DNA of 64,000 nt from Octopus sinensis (Eukaryota), in assembly GCF_006345805.1 (NCBI RefSeq), contig NC_042997.1, positions 133,796,001 to 133,860,000 on the forward strand, read 5' to 3'. Made by a program: the position numbers and the translations under genes. Of this stretch, positions 50,468 to 63,942 are shown piece after piece. Numbering within the stretch: the stretch's first letter is position 1; each line of letters begins with the position of its first letter. The notes under the pieces were generated by a model that saw only the letters and a list, made by a program, of their open reading frames with translations, was not told where the DNA came from and made no database searches.

Positions 50468-53400
50468 CATGTTAGGCAAAATGTTATACATTCATGAATG
50501 AGTGTTATACTAGAGACAGGGAACCTTTTTATGGCGATACGTTCTTGAATGAACGTTACAGAGGCAAGGAACCATTTTATAGTGACAGTACCGCACGAAA
50601 GTCGTCATCTATCAAAACAACTGCATACCAAACATTTTTTATATTGCTAAAACCTAATAAAATCATTCATAAAAAATTTTTAAAAATGAAAACTCAAAAT
50701 TATAGTAATGCGGTTTTGGTATAATCAATCAACCAATTATTTTTATAACTCATAATTTCTCCAGATTTCTGTTTTGGAATAACTTGAACAATTACTATAG
50801 ATATAGATATAAACAGGTGTTTCTAAAATTTGCTATTAGTTTCATACACAAGCATTAAATAAAATTAAAGCAGCGAAAATATATTCCAGTATAATGAGTT
50901 TTCCTTCAAACATTGTACTGCTTTCTGAAGACTTACACTTAGTTCTTAAAACCACATGTGGCCTAAGGGTGACCGGTAATAAAGTCACAATTTTGTCTAG
51001 GAAAAAGTCACAATTAATTTAGGGATCCGAACAAAACCGCACCTAGGACCCCCACCCCCCACCCCGACAAAACACTTGTGACTTTTTTTTTTTTTACCTG
51101 GATTCGACCTAAGGCTGCAGGTCATCTCACTGCTTACTGTACATAAAGCAGCTACAACTGCATTTGGTAGCACTCGAAATTGAGGAATATTTCTCCAAGA
51201 AAAGTATAAAATGTTTAGTATCCAATTATACATCATCATCGTCATTTAACTGCCATCTTTCATGCTGGCATGGGTTGGATGGTTTGACTGGATCCAATAT
51301 GTCCAAAGACCACATTGTGCTCCCGTGTATGCTTTGACATGGTTTCTATGGCTTGGTGCCCTTCCTAATGCCAACCACTTATCCAAAGTGTGCTGGGCAC
51401 TTTTTCGTACCACTGACTCTGGTGAGATTTGCCATGCTGCTCACAAGACTGCAACACACAGGCTGGGGTAGGAACCTTCTGTGAAGAGATGAAGGGTTAA
51501 AATATGAATGAGGGGGAAGAAGAAAGAGAACCCTTTTGGAAAATTACATTTTATTTAAACAAAAAAACAGTCACAGAGGACTACTGATCTACCAAAATGT
51601 GTCGAGAGAGTAAAAAGTTGGAAACCATGGTTGTTTTAAGCTACCAAACCTGCATCAGATCACACACCCTACCATTTGATGTAATAGATAACCACTGTGT
51701 CTAAAGGAATAAAAATAGGGTGGTCATGACTAGAAAACCTTTGATCAGGACCCTTCAGTCAGTTTAAGGCTAACTTGGGATTAAAAAACTACAAGAAGAG
51801 AGGGTGGCGGAGAATGAAATTGAGACGTCATGTACCAGTTGACCTAACTTGGACATGACTGTGAAAACTTGGTGTTAGGATGTATCTGTATTCTGTTCTT
51901 GGCAATAATGTGAATTCGAGTAGGGTGTTTGTTGGATGAAATCAATTTTTAAAATATCCTTGTTTTGTGATAATTGTAAAATGCAGAAGACTTGGTGGAT
52001 GAGAAATGTCAACTACTTATAAATCCTCTTTGCTTGCAGCAAAAGTGAGCTGTTTTGCATTCACAAATTGATCATTGCAACTGAGAGACCACCATACAAT
52101 CAGCAGGAATGCGAGATATTCTCCATGTTCAATTGTTTAGTTCAAATAGAAAGGTGTCAACAGCTACAATCCACTGCAGTGAAGCACTAAGGGGTGTCAA
52201 CTGTTTGAAAGCGACCATCAAGTTTATAGCTATGACTGTTGTAGCAGCTGTGCTAGTATGACTTGTTTCCTTAAATGAACAACTTGAGACAGCTGGTCAT
52301 CATTTTAACCCCCCAAAAGAGCCCCAAATGGTCAACATGCTAGAATTATTGGACAGTCAACTAATCAGCTAAGCAGTCGGTGGTTCATTTCTTGGTCCAA
52401 ACATCATAACTTGATTGGCTCTCTGTTCTTCTTCAGTAATTAGTTGATTAACTAGAGTGTTTGTGTGTATGACATAATAAAAAGACTGTCAGTATGACAC
52501 CTTAAAATACTATACAAAATGCAATTTGTATAGGCCATGTGCTCAGAGCGTACAGACACAAGGTGGGTTATTAAAACTTGCCTAGTCTACATATCCAAAG
52601 CATGAAACTAGTAGTAACATGTAAGTGTATATTGTGTAAGTGTATATCATCATCGTCATTTAACGTCTGCTTTCCATGCTAGCATGGGTTGGACGATTTG
52701 ACTGAGGACTGGCGAACCAGATGGCTGCTCCAATCTGATCTGGCAGAGTTTTTACAGCTGGATGCCCTTCCTAGAATGTAGTGGGTGCTTTTACGTGCCA
52801 CCGACACAAGGGCCAGTCTGGCCACGCTCAAAATGGTGTTTTTTACGTGCCACCTACACAGGAGTCAGTCCAGCGGCACTGGCAACAACACCGCTCGTGC
52901 AACAAATAATAAAATGTATTCCTGGTAGATGTTGAACAGTGTTGTAGAAAGACTGCGTCTCTGGCGTACACCAACTACAGATAGAACAGTGTTTAGCTTC
53001 CATTTCTTTTCATGGAGTTCAGATAAAGGATTTCAAAGTTAATGCATTTGAGTGAAACAGTAAATAGTGCAGATAGGTAAATACATATCTGTTGTATATC
53101 AACTGGAGAAAACTGGTCGTTTCACTTACATTTACTTTTCCCTTGGGAATATTTCTACAGCTATTGTTTTTTTTTCTCCCTTCAAGTCCTTGCTATCATT
53201 TTTATTAGCCTCTACTCTTTTTCACACTATCATTAATCATATTGGCTTCAAATTTCGGGGGCGGCTAGTTTGATTACATCGACCCCAGTGTTCAACTGTT
53301 ACTTGGTTCATAGATCCTGAAAAGATGTAAGTTAAAGTTGACCTCAGCTGTATTTGAACTCGGAACCTACAGACGTGAAATACCGCTAAGCATTTTGTCC

Positions 53401-53489
53401 AGTGTGCTAACAATTCTGCCAGCTTGCTGCCCGTCAACCAGTTATAATATAACGAATGCGGGAGCCTTTATATGGTTGATTATGCTGCT

Positions 53490-53835
53490 GAGACCCCCTT
53501 CGGTCATGATTGACCGTGGGATTGCACCTAGAAAGTTACCCTCCCAAGCACAAGTCCGGGCAAGGTTGCTTATGGAAGACCAGCAGTCGCCCATGCATAC
53601 AGGCCTCCCCTCTCCTTCCTTGGCACTAGTGCTATCCAAGGGAAAGGCAACGGCTGATACAGCTTGGCACCTGTAACGTCGCAACTCATTTCTACAGCTG
53701 AGTGAACTGGAGCAACGTGAAATAAAGTGTCTTGCTCAAGAACACAACATGCAGCAGCCCAGTCCGGGATTCGAACTCACTACCTCACGATTGTAAGCTC
53801 GACGCTCTAAACCATTGAGCCATGCACCTTCACAT
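53490..53835 (-). mobile_element. SINE family D head/core with an alternative 3' body
   Basis: Head and tgtgttcttgagcaagacactttatttcacgttgctccag core as in family D, with a distinct downstream sequence. Related copy at 43080-43290 (+). Confidence 0.85.
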
Positions 53836-54637
53836 GGTTGATTAATGTGCTAGAAATAACATCTCCCCAAATTTCTTCAAATGAAGGTCATTGAATAATG
53901 TGATCCCTAGATGTGCCATGTCTGAATATAAAGATAAGGTGGCCATGACTGGAGTACCTTTGATCAAAGATTTACTTGATCAAGACTGACCTGGGGCTAA
54001 ATAGCAACTGCAACTAATAATTAATAATCATCATGGTCACCACCACCACCAAAAACAATAATAATATTAACACGTCTTCCTTACTAGTCATTCTCAGCAC
54101 CACCACCACTACCACCAGCACCACCACTACCACCAGCACCACCACTACCACCAGCATTCTTTAGTGGCGTTCACTCACATTTCGTCCTATCACCGCGCAT
54201 CACTTCTAACATTATCAAGAAGTCTCTTCCCCCCTCCCTCCCTCCCTCTCTCTTCCCACCATTATTACCTCCAATAGCATCACCGCCCCGACTCCCCCCC
54301 TTCTCCCCGCGCTTATTGCCACCGTTGACTTCTCTGGTTCTTTTACCTCCACCTGCACCCTACCTACCTACCAACCATCGCCAGCATCACATCAGCCCTA
54401 AACTACGATTTCTACCTTCAAATCATCATCATCATCATCATCATCATAATAATATCATCATCGTTTATTACTCATTCCCATCCATTCACCACCGACGCTG
54501 CCGCCACCCTTACCCTTCCCACTGCTACTAATCATCATCATCGCCATCATCATCATCACTATCATCTATCACTTGTTCTCCTTTCATTATCCCCACACTC
54601 CTATCACACCACTTCATCTTTCCACTGCTGTTGCTGT

Positions 54638-54675
<38 letters not shown>

Positions 54676-54795
54676 TTACTATTGCTGCTGCTGCTACTAC
54701 CACTACTACTACCATCACTAACATCACCCTACTATTGCAATCCCCGACACTACCACCATAACTCCAAGTACCACTACAACGACGACCACTAGAAT

Positions 54796-54840
<45 letters not shown>

Positions 54841-55265
54841 CAACACCACCACTATTTCAACTCCTGCCACCGTTACTACTAAAACTACCACCATCACTAC
54901 CACCATTAATATTACTACAACTTCCGCTGTCACCACCACCGCATTTAATGCTTTCTTTCCCCCCCCCACTTCCCCCCCACTTTCTTCCCCCCCCCCACTT
55001 TCTTCATTCCTACATTCCCAGTAGATAATAAGTTTTACCGCTGTAAAAAGCATTAAGAGATTAGAAGTATGTTAACTGGACCCTAACGTATGCTTTCGGG
55101 GGTCCTTGGCTTCTGACTCTCTCTCTTCACTCATTGCATGTCTGCCTTGGTGATGGATTCAGGAAGAAAAACTGAAAAGAGTGAAATGGGGGAAAGAGAC
55201 ACAATGATTTATTTTAATTACCGTCGTAAACCTCTCCCCGCACCTCCTTCTTTAATTTAATGAAT

Positions 55266-55660
55266 TGTGTGGTAAGTAGCTTGTTTACCAACCGCATGGT
55301 TCCGGGTTCAGTCCCACTGCGTGGCACCTTGGGCAAGTGTCTTCTACTATAGCCTCGGGTCGACCAAAACCTTGTGAGTGGATTTGGTAGACGGAAACTG
55401 AAAGAAGCCCGTCGTATATATGTATATATATATATATATGCGTGTGTGTGTTTGTGAGTCTGTGTTTGTCCCCCTAGCATTGCTTGACAACCGATGCTGG
55501 TGTGTTTATGTCCCCGTTACTTAGCGGTTCGGCAAAAGAGACCGATAGAATAAGTACTGGGCTTATAAAAGAATAAGTCCCGGGGTCGAGTTGCTCGATT
55601 AAAGGTGGTGCTCCAGCATGGCCGCAGTCAAATGACTGAAACAAGTAAAAGAGTAAAAAG
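55266..55660 (+). mobile_element. SINE family A (young-looking), followed by a second head at 55699-55850
   Basis: High identity to other copies, with CpGs retained. Confidence 0.92.
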
Positions 55661-55984
55661 AGAGAGAGAGAGATGTGGTAAGCATTCCATACACACTCTG
55701 GCTGTGTGGTAAGTAGCTTTTCTTACCAACCACATGGTTCCGGGTTCAGTCCCACTGCGTGGCACCTTGAGTAAGTGTCTTCTACTATAGTCTCGGGCTG
55801 ACCAAAGCCTTGTGAGTGGATTTGGTAGACGGAAACTGAAAGAAGTCCCGTTGTATACATTTATATATAGGCATTCTGGAGCACTGGAGTCGAGTCGATG
55901 TAATCGACTAACACCCTTTTCCCAAATTTCAGGCCGTTTGTGTTTAGTAGAAAGATTGTTGTTGTTGTTGATGTTGTTGTTGAG

Positions 55985-56513
55985 TGACATATGTACATAT
56001 CGTCAGTCACCTACGGACATGCTCAACTAGTTAAAGTCAAACAACTGACAAAAAAATCTGTGGCATTGAGCAAGAATGTTTACTGTAGCCCATCTTTTAT
56101 TCCAAAACACCATAACACTTCCAATCAGTTAAGAACGGAAGCCATGAGAGCCAGTGCCTGGTACTGCATCAGAGCATTTATTATTATTATTGAATGAGAG
56201 AGCAACGTATGCCATCAAAGTGACACTTGGGTAAAATATACGAAGCCCAGTATACCCGTCATGACTACCAGTCTAACAAGGGTACAGACATATGGGCGCG
56301 ACATAGTGATCTCATAACAGCGCATGACCTTGCAGGTGGGGCCCAGTTAGACTTTTCTTCAGGTCGAGTAGCCCATCCCACTCAAAAGGTCCCTGAATAA
56401 GGATTATTTAAGGATGATGAACAAAACACCCATGTTTCCAAAGGTGAATTATCCAAACCCCCCAACATCCCTCTCGGCACATGGCTATGATGTTCTCCCA
56501 CTACTTCAGCTTG
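55985..56513 (-). mobile_element. (AAT)n-tailed non-coding element, circularly permuted copy
   Basis: Same two blocks as 57668-58213 but in swapped order, with the (ATT)n tract in the middle (56180-56192). Confidence 0.8.
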
Positions 56514-56617
56514 GAGGAGCAGAGGCCATTATGGAAAGGGTTATTGTGTGTTTGCTACTATTCTATCTCCTCTTTCCCCCTTTTCTTCTTTCTCTCTGTT
56601 TTCTCTAGCTCTTTCTT

Positions 56618-56656
<39 letters not shown>

Positions 56657-57014
56657 TTCTCCGTCACCTCTGATAATGCTAATAATGATGACATACAATA
56701 GTTTCATGTTAGCATCTGTTGCACCACTTGGTGTACTTCGATGCTCCTTCTACTGGGAGTGTACAGAAATGTGTATGTATGCTACATCTGTTTTGCTTTG
56801 TTATGGGATTTGATTGGTTGTTTCCGGTTGTTATATATTTATTTATTTATTTTGGTGAGGGAGGTGTTCCTCCATCTGGTAGTTGAGTAGTACACGAGTT
56901 ATTTTGTTGCGTGTTGATTTTATTTGAAATGCGTTGTGTGAGATGTTGTTTGGTGATTTGACAAGATTATATTACTGCTTGGGTTGTGTTATATTATTTG
57001 GTGGCTATTGGCGC

Positions 57015-57560
57015 TGACTTTGCCTTTCATCCTTTCGGGGTCGATAAACTAAGTACCAGTTGCGTACTGGAGTCGATCTAATCGATTGGGCCCCCTCCCC
57101 CAAAATTTCGGGCCTTCTAATATATGTTGGTAGTAAGGTGGCAAGCTGTCAGAATCATTAACGCCGGGCGAAAGGCTTAGCGGTATTTCGTTTGCCGCTA
57201 CGGTCTGAATTCAAATTCCGCTGAGGTCGACTTTGTCTTTCATCCTTTCGAGGTCGATAAATTAAGTACCAGTTACGCACTGGGGTCGATGTAATCGACT
57301 TGATCCCTTTGTCTGTCCCCTCTATGTTTAGCCCCTTGTGTGCAATAAAGAAATAAGAATCGTTAACACGCCAGGCGAAATGGTTAACGGTATTTCGTCG
57401 TCCGCTACGTTCCGACTTCAAATTCCGCCGAGAACGACTTTGCCTTTCAGTCTTTCGGGGGTATTTATAAATTAAGCACCATTGAAACATTTGGGTCGAT
57501 GTAATAGACTATGCCCCCCCCCCCGCCCCCAAATTTTGAGCCTTGTGCCATTAGTAGAAA
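57015..57560 (+). mobile_element. Cluster of tRNA-derived SINE family E copies
   Basis: Repeated ttcaaattccgccgaggtcgactttgcctttcatcctttcggggtcgataaattaagtaccag. Other copies at 19740-19930, 53260-53430 and 62686-62905 (-). Confidence 0.88.
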
Positions 57561-57562
57561 GG

Positions 57563-57606
<44 letters not shown>

Positions 57607-57626
57607 TATTATTATTATTACTATTA

Positions 57627-57665
<39 letters not shown>

Positions 57666-58213
57666 CATGAGAGAGCAGTGCATGCCATCAAAGTGACACT
57701 GGGGTAAAATATACGAAGTCCAGTATACCCATCATGACTACCCGTCTGATAAGGGCACATGCATCACAACTATATGTGCGCGACATGGTGATCTCATATC
57801 AAGATAAACAGCACATGACCTTGCAGGTGGGGCCCAGTTAGAATTTTCTTCTGGTCGAGTAGCCCATCCCGTTCGAAAGGTCCCTGAATAAGGATAGTTT
57901 AAGAATGTTGAACGAAACACCCATGTTTCCAAAGGTGAATTATCTAAACCTCCAAGAATTCCTTTCAACACACGGGCATGATGCTCTCCCACTACTTCTG
58001 CTTGTGATCAGAGATGCACATATAACCAGCCACTAAGGGACATGGTCAACTGGTTATGGTCAAACAACTGACAAGCAAATCTGTGGTATTGAGCAGAATA
58101 TTTGCTGTAGCCCATCTTTTATACCAAGACAAAACAATGTACGTAATAACACTTCCAATCAGTTAAGATCAGAAGCCATGAGAGCCACTGACTGGTACTG
58201 CATCAGGGCAATT
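57560..58213 (-). mobile_element. About 545-bp non-coding element ending in a long (AAT)n tail
   Basis: Homologous to 55985-56513 and to a 5'-truncated copy at 25022-25170 (+) that also ends in (AAT)n. Confidence 0.85.
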
Positions 58214-58534
58214 ATTGTTGTTGTTGATGATGATGAGTAGAAAATAGTGGTATGGCAAGCGTCAAATTAATCAAACAATCCCATTTCCTATATATGTCTG
58301 GCTCTGTGCCAGTGTTACAAACCTTCTATTGGAATGATTTGGGGTTAATAAAAACAAACAAACACAGGCCTTGTGGCATTTAGTTACGTCTCTCCACATC
58401 CTGAGTTCAAACTTCATTGAAGTTGACTTGGACTTTTATCATTTCTAAGGTGGGATCGATAATCCTATTATTGAGTTCCGTTTAATCGATTATACGATTT
58501 CTTTTTCCTGGTAAAGTCGTCATCATCATCACTT

Positions 58535-58860
58535 AAAAGACTCCGCCGGTTACGACGACAAGGGTCCCAGCTGATACGATCAACGGAACAGCTTGCTCGT
58601 GAAATTAACGTGCAAATGGCTGAGCATTCTACAGACACGTGTACCCTTAACGTAGTTCTCGGGGATAATCAGCGTGACACAGAGAGTGACAAGGCTGACC
58701 CTTTGAAATACAAGTACAACTCATTTTTGCCAGCTGAGTGGACTGGAGCAACGTGAAATAAAGTGTCTTGCTCAAGGACACAACGCGTCGCCGGGAATCG
58801 AACTCGCAACCTTACGATCATGAGCCGAATGCCCTAACCACTAAGCCACGCGCCCTCACT
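58535..58860 (-). mobile_element. SINE family D head/core with a third type of 3' body
   Basis: Head ggcgcgtggcttagtggttagggcattcggc..gagttcgattcccgg. Flanked by the tcatcatcact direct repeat. Confidence 0.88.
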
Positions 58861-59396
58861 CATCATCACTATCGTCGTCGTCGTCATCATTATCCTTTTG
58901 CTTCTCATTTTCCACTATTGTCGTTTAATCCCTGGTGAATCCCTATCGGGTAGAATTTTGGTCGAAGGCATATCACCCATGACCATCTCAGTCTTCTAGG
59001 GGATATTGTAGGACTATATAGTTTGATGCCCTTTAATTGTTCAAGACAGCGGTTCCCAAACTGGAGTGTTCAGATCCCTTAAGACCCACAAAGAACGTAT
59101 TGATATTCCATGAACTGAGTTGGGTATAGAGGGACAGATCTTTCGAAATGATAACCGGGGTTTTTGTCTAAATGTCAGGTCAAGTATGGGGCATCCATTA
59201 TTTGTTAGTATTTGCTCGAGTGGTCACTGGCAACCCTACGACTAGTATCCCAGTAACTGCCCATCACTGCGAGTTACTTCCTCATCAGCCGTGACCATGT
59301 GGCTTGTGGCCGACCAGCACGAACCGTCGACCCCAGCAGGATCCTCAAAGAAGAGAACACGATATGCAAAACCACCTCTGAAAATCGAGCAACGAC

Positions 59397-59534
59397 TGTA
59401 GGCGCAGGAGTGGCTGCGTGGTAAGTAGCTTGCTTACCAACCACATTGTACCTTGGGCTAGCGTCAACTGTAGCTTCGGGCCGACCAAAGCCTTGTGAGT
59501 GGACTTGGTAGACGGAAACTGAATGAAGCCCGTC

Positions 59535-59613
<79 letters not shown>

Positions 59614-59785
59614 TTGTCCCCCCGCCCCCATCACTTGACAACCGATGCTGGTGTGTTTACGTGCCCGTAACTTAGCGACAGAATAAATACTAGGCTTACA
59701 AAGAATAAGTCCTGGGGTCGATTTATTCGACTAAAAGCGGTGCTCCAGCATGGCTGCAATCAAATGACTGAAACAAATAAAAGAG
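59397..59785 (+). mobile_element. SINE family A
   Basis: Head-to-tail match with small deletions. Confidence 0.9.
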
Positions 59786-60515
59786 AACCAGTTTGAGCTG
59801 ACACTTCCGAATCATACAAATAACTGGATGCATTCCAGTTTCTGCACATAGTCATCAGTCGGATACAAAATCCGATTAAGGGTCCTGCAGAAAATGTCAT
59901 TAAAAAAAAAAAAGCTTCGAACTACTGCAGTAAGTTATGAATTGAGGGAAATTTGACTTCTATTTCGTGCAAGACAAACAACTACATAGAGACGTCTGAA
60001 CTGGCTAAATTTTGCTCTAGTTTATTATATAGTTGCTGACTAGGTTGGTTTTACTTTCTCTTCGTTTAACTTATTTTTCCTCTTTCATTTATTACACACG
60101 TTTTGCTTCGCTCTCATCAAACTTGCTTTTCGGCTTTGTATGAACTGGTTGACAGCTTATATAGCACTAAACGATTTTACTAGTCAAAAGATACTCTATC
60201 TACCAACCTTAAGTCAAACCAATACACATTTTAAGTGCTTACTGTACGGTGGCATAATTAATTTTACTCTGGTGTAAATTGATTTTCTTTGGTTTACCCC
60301 CCCCATACCACCACCACTGTCTTCGAATTTATGTACATATCTATGTATGTGTGTATATCTTATAGATATATAGATATATAAGATATATACATGCATGGAT
60401 ATATACAATGTAAGTATATATATATATGTATATATTTGTAAATATGCATATATAATGTATGTATATATATATGTATATATATTGTATATATATATATTGT
60501 ATATATATGTGTATG

Positions 60516-60556
<41 letters not shown>

Positions 60557-60632
60557 TATATAATGTATGTTTATATGCATATATGTATATATATATAATG
60601 TATGTTTATATGCATGTATGTATATATATATA

Positions 60633-61110
60633 TAATGTATGTTTATATGCATATATGTATATATATATATATATGTATGTGTATATATATATATGTGTGG
60701 GTTTATGCGTGTAGATAGGGTTGTTCACGTTTGACTACATATAAATATTTGTATATGTTAACATACATGTGTGTACATATGCAGACTCATAACTGTATAT
60801 GTATACACGCACGCACTCATACACACCCATTGATGCGAATTCTCTTTTAGTAATATCGATTCGAATTTATTCAGTTCCTCTCTTAGTCAGAAACAAGCAC
60901 GTGCGCGCGCGCACACACATACACACACACACACTGTCTGTCTCTCTCTCTCTTACAGACACACACACACACTCACAGACATGCACTGTCTGTACAAAAT
61001 TGCATTGCATGCTTATGTAGACATTTATTGTAAATTAGATTATTTTAATGATAATGATGGGTGATGGTTGGTGTTGATATATTTGTGTGTAACTTTTACA
61101 CACACACACA

Positions 61111-61141
<31 letters not shown>

Positions 61142-61619
61142 ATGTATGTTTATATGCATATATGTATATATATATATATATGTATGTGTATATATATATA
61201 TGTGTGGGTTTATGCGTGTAGATAGGGTTGTTCACGTTTGACTACATATAAATATTTGTATATGTTAACATACATGTGTGTACATATGCAGACTCATAAC
61301 TGTATATGTATACACGCACGCACTCATACACACCCATTGATGCGAATTCTCTTTTAGTAATATCGATTCGAATTTATTCAGTTCCTCTCTTAGTCAGAAA
61401 CAAGCACGTGCGCGCGCGCACACACATACACACACACACACACTGTCTGTCTCTCTCTCTCTTACAGACACACACACACACTCACAGACATGCACTGTCT
61501 GTACAAAATTGCATTGCATGCTTATGTAGACATTTATTGTAAATTAGATTATTTTAATGATAATGATGGGTGATGGTTGGTGTTGATATATTTGTGTGTA
61601 ACTTTTACACACACACACA

Positions 61620-61650
<31 letters not shown>
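60633..61650 (+). repeat. 507-bp direct tandem duplication with breakpoints in (TA)n
   Basis: 60633-61139 is repeated at 61140-61650. Identical ORF starts at 60799 and 61306. Visible differences are limited to microsatellite length. Confidence 0.95.
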
Positions 61651-61655
<5 letters not shown>

Positions 61656-61938
61656 ATATAATATAATATAATATGCATGCATACACGTGTCCCTTGAGAA
61701 ATGTATAATATCATTCATCTGTAAACACGTTCATTTAAACGAACATAAGCATACAACTATGTGTAAACGGCCCCGCATGTGCACTCACTGACACACACAC
61801 ACACACTCACACACAAGTGTCTGTAATGAGAACAGTAAAAATATGCAAGTCATCTCTTAAGTTGGAAATGTGAATTTATTTTTATCTGCATTCCAACGGA
61901 GCTTTGTATCTTTGTTGCAATCTAGGTTTGTTTGTTTG

Positions 61939-62007
<69 letters not shown>

Positions 62008-62181
62008 CAAAGAATATTTGAAATTTTTTTTTTTTTTTTTCCATCTAAGAGCTGAGACATCGTTTTATGAAACACAAAGTAGAGCAGGCCGTTCCAACTC
62101 GCTACTTACTAGAAACATTTCCGAAGAGAGGGTCTGGAAGTAAATGTAGAATAATGGTGCCGCCCCGTGTGCGTGTATGTG

Positions 62182-62217
<36 letters not shown>

Positions 62218-62329
62218 CACGTGATCACGTGACCGACCAGACCATCAGATGTTGCTACACATCGCTGGTCACAATGCGTTCGCATTGTTTTAGCCTTCGA
62301 ATGACGCCACCCCGCTGGCTAAGCGAGCA

Positions 62330-62390
<61 letters not shown>

Positions 62391-62623
62391 GAAGAATGAG
62401 GTACTCAGAAATCTGGATGGTTTTATATTTACAGATTAGTATGTTACATGTTTTATAAATCATATATCATATATATTAGCGCTTTCGTCCACTCTAGTGG
62501 AGTTTTCAAATTGAACTTTTGCAGGAATTTTGTCTCTTTTTATAGTATTATTGAATGTGTAGGGGTGGGGAGAAACATTAGATAATACAAGAGAGTGAGA
62601 ATGGGGAGAAAGTGAGAGAGCGC

Positions 62624-62685
<62 letters not shown>

Positions 62686-62686
<1 letters not shown>

Positions 62687-62905
62687 TTCTTTACTACCCA
62701 CAAGGGGCTAAACATAGAGGGGACAAACAAGGACAGACAAAGGGATTAAGTCGATTACATCGACCCCAGTGCGAAACTGGTACTTTATTTATCGACCCGA
62801 AAGGATGAAAGGCAAAGTCGACCTCGGCGGAATTTGAACTCTGAAAGTAACGACAGACGAAATACCGCTAAGCATTTCGCCCGGCGCGCTAACGTTTCTG
62901 CCAGT
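62686..62905 (-). mobile_element. SINE family E
   Basis: Reverse complement of the copies at 57150-57360. Confidence 0.9.
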
Positions 62906-63029
62906 ATCTCAAAGGAATAAGCGATTATGAAGTTCAGTAGCTAACAGCCGTTTCTGCTATACGACGCAGTGAAGTCATAGTTGAATGCCTGATTAACACT
63001 TTAAAGCTCCATCGGAGCCTCAAAACATG

Positions 63030-63066
<37 letters not shown>

Positions 63067-63942
63067 GGATGGAATTTCCTATACTTGTGTTGTCATCTAG
63101 TTTGCATTATATGAATAAAAATCGACTCCAGAAGGGTGTGAAGGGAAGCTAACCACGATGGTATTTGAACTTGGAGCGTAAAGTACTGCTTTTGCCCGAC
63201 GCTGTAACGATTCCGTTGAACCACACCGCTCGTATACACGATCTCGTTAGACTTAAACTCGCCTGTTCTTATTTCATCACTAATTACTACTGTACTGTTG
63301 TATGGCGAAATGATAAGATTACACAGGAAATGAAAAAGGTGGAGCCGTTAGACTCATTAACCGAATTTTCACTATCTCCCTCTCATCTTTCTTCCTTTCT
63401 CTCCCTCCTTTCCCCCATCTCTCTCTGTTTATGTTTGTCATTCTCTCTTTCGTCATGTTTCTCACCTACTTCGTTCCTCAATTTCATGCACATACACCCC
63501 TGACATCCTTTCATTCATGTACACATACAGTTTCTCACTCTCTCTCTTCTTCTTTCATTTCCTGTCCCTGTCTCTACTTCTCTCCTGTTAGTTTCTAAAA
63601 ACATATTCTAACCCTTAGAATATTTGTACTTTTCGAGTCTATAATTCGCACGTGTTTCTTGTTAAGTATCTCTAATGAACTAAAAGACTTGGTCGGCAAG
63701 CAGACGGACCTATAAGAGGCATGTTGTCTGTGGCGGCCACTATTGCTGTTGTTTTTACCCCGTTCGTCTCTTTTTCTTTTCTGATGGAACAGACCCATGG
63801 GTCCTTACGCAGTTGGTCGAACTTTTAGGTGTGATCCACGGTTCCATTGGTCTATAGATACCACATTTCTGCCTCGAGCACGAAGGACTATTCAGCACAC
63901 TTACATTTGAGTGGTTTATCGTTTGGGTATCGTAGTCTCTCA

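Noticed and set aside
59270-59295. CTGATGAG on the minus strand
   Set aside because: No GAAA box or helices at suitable spacing.
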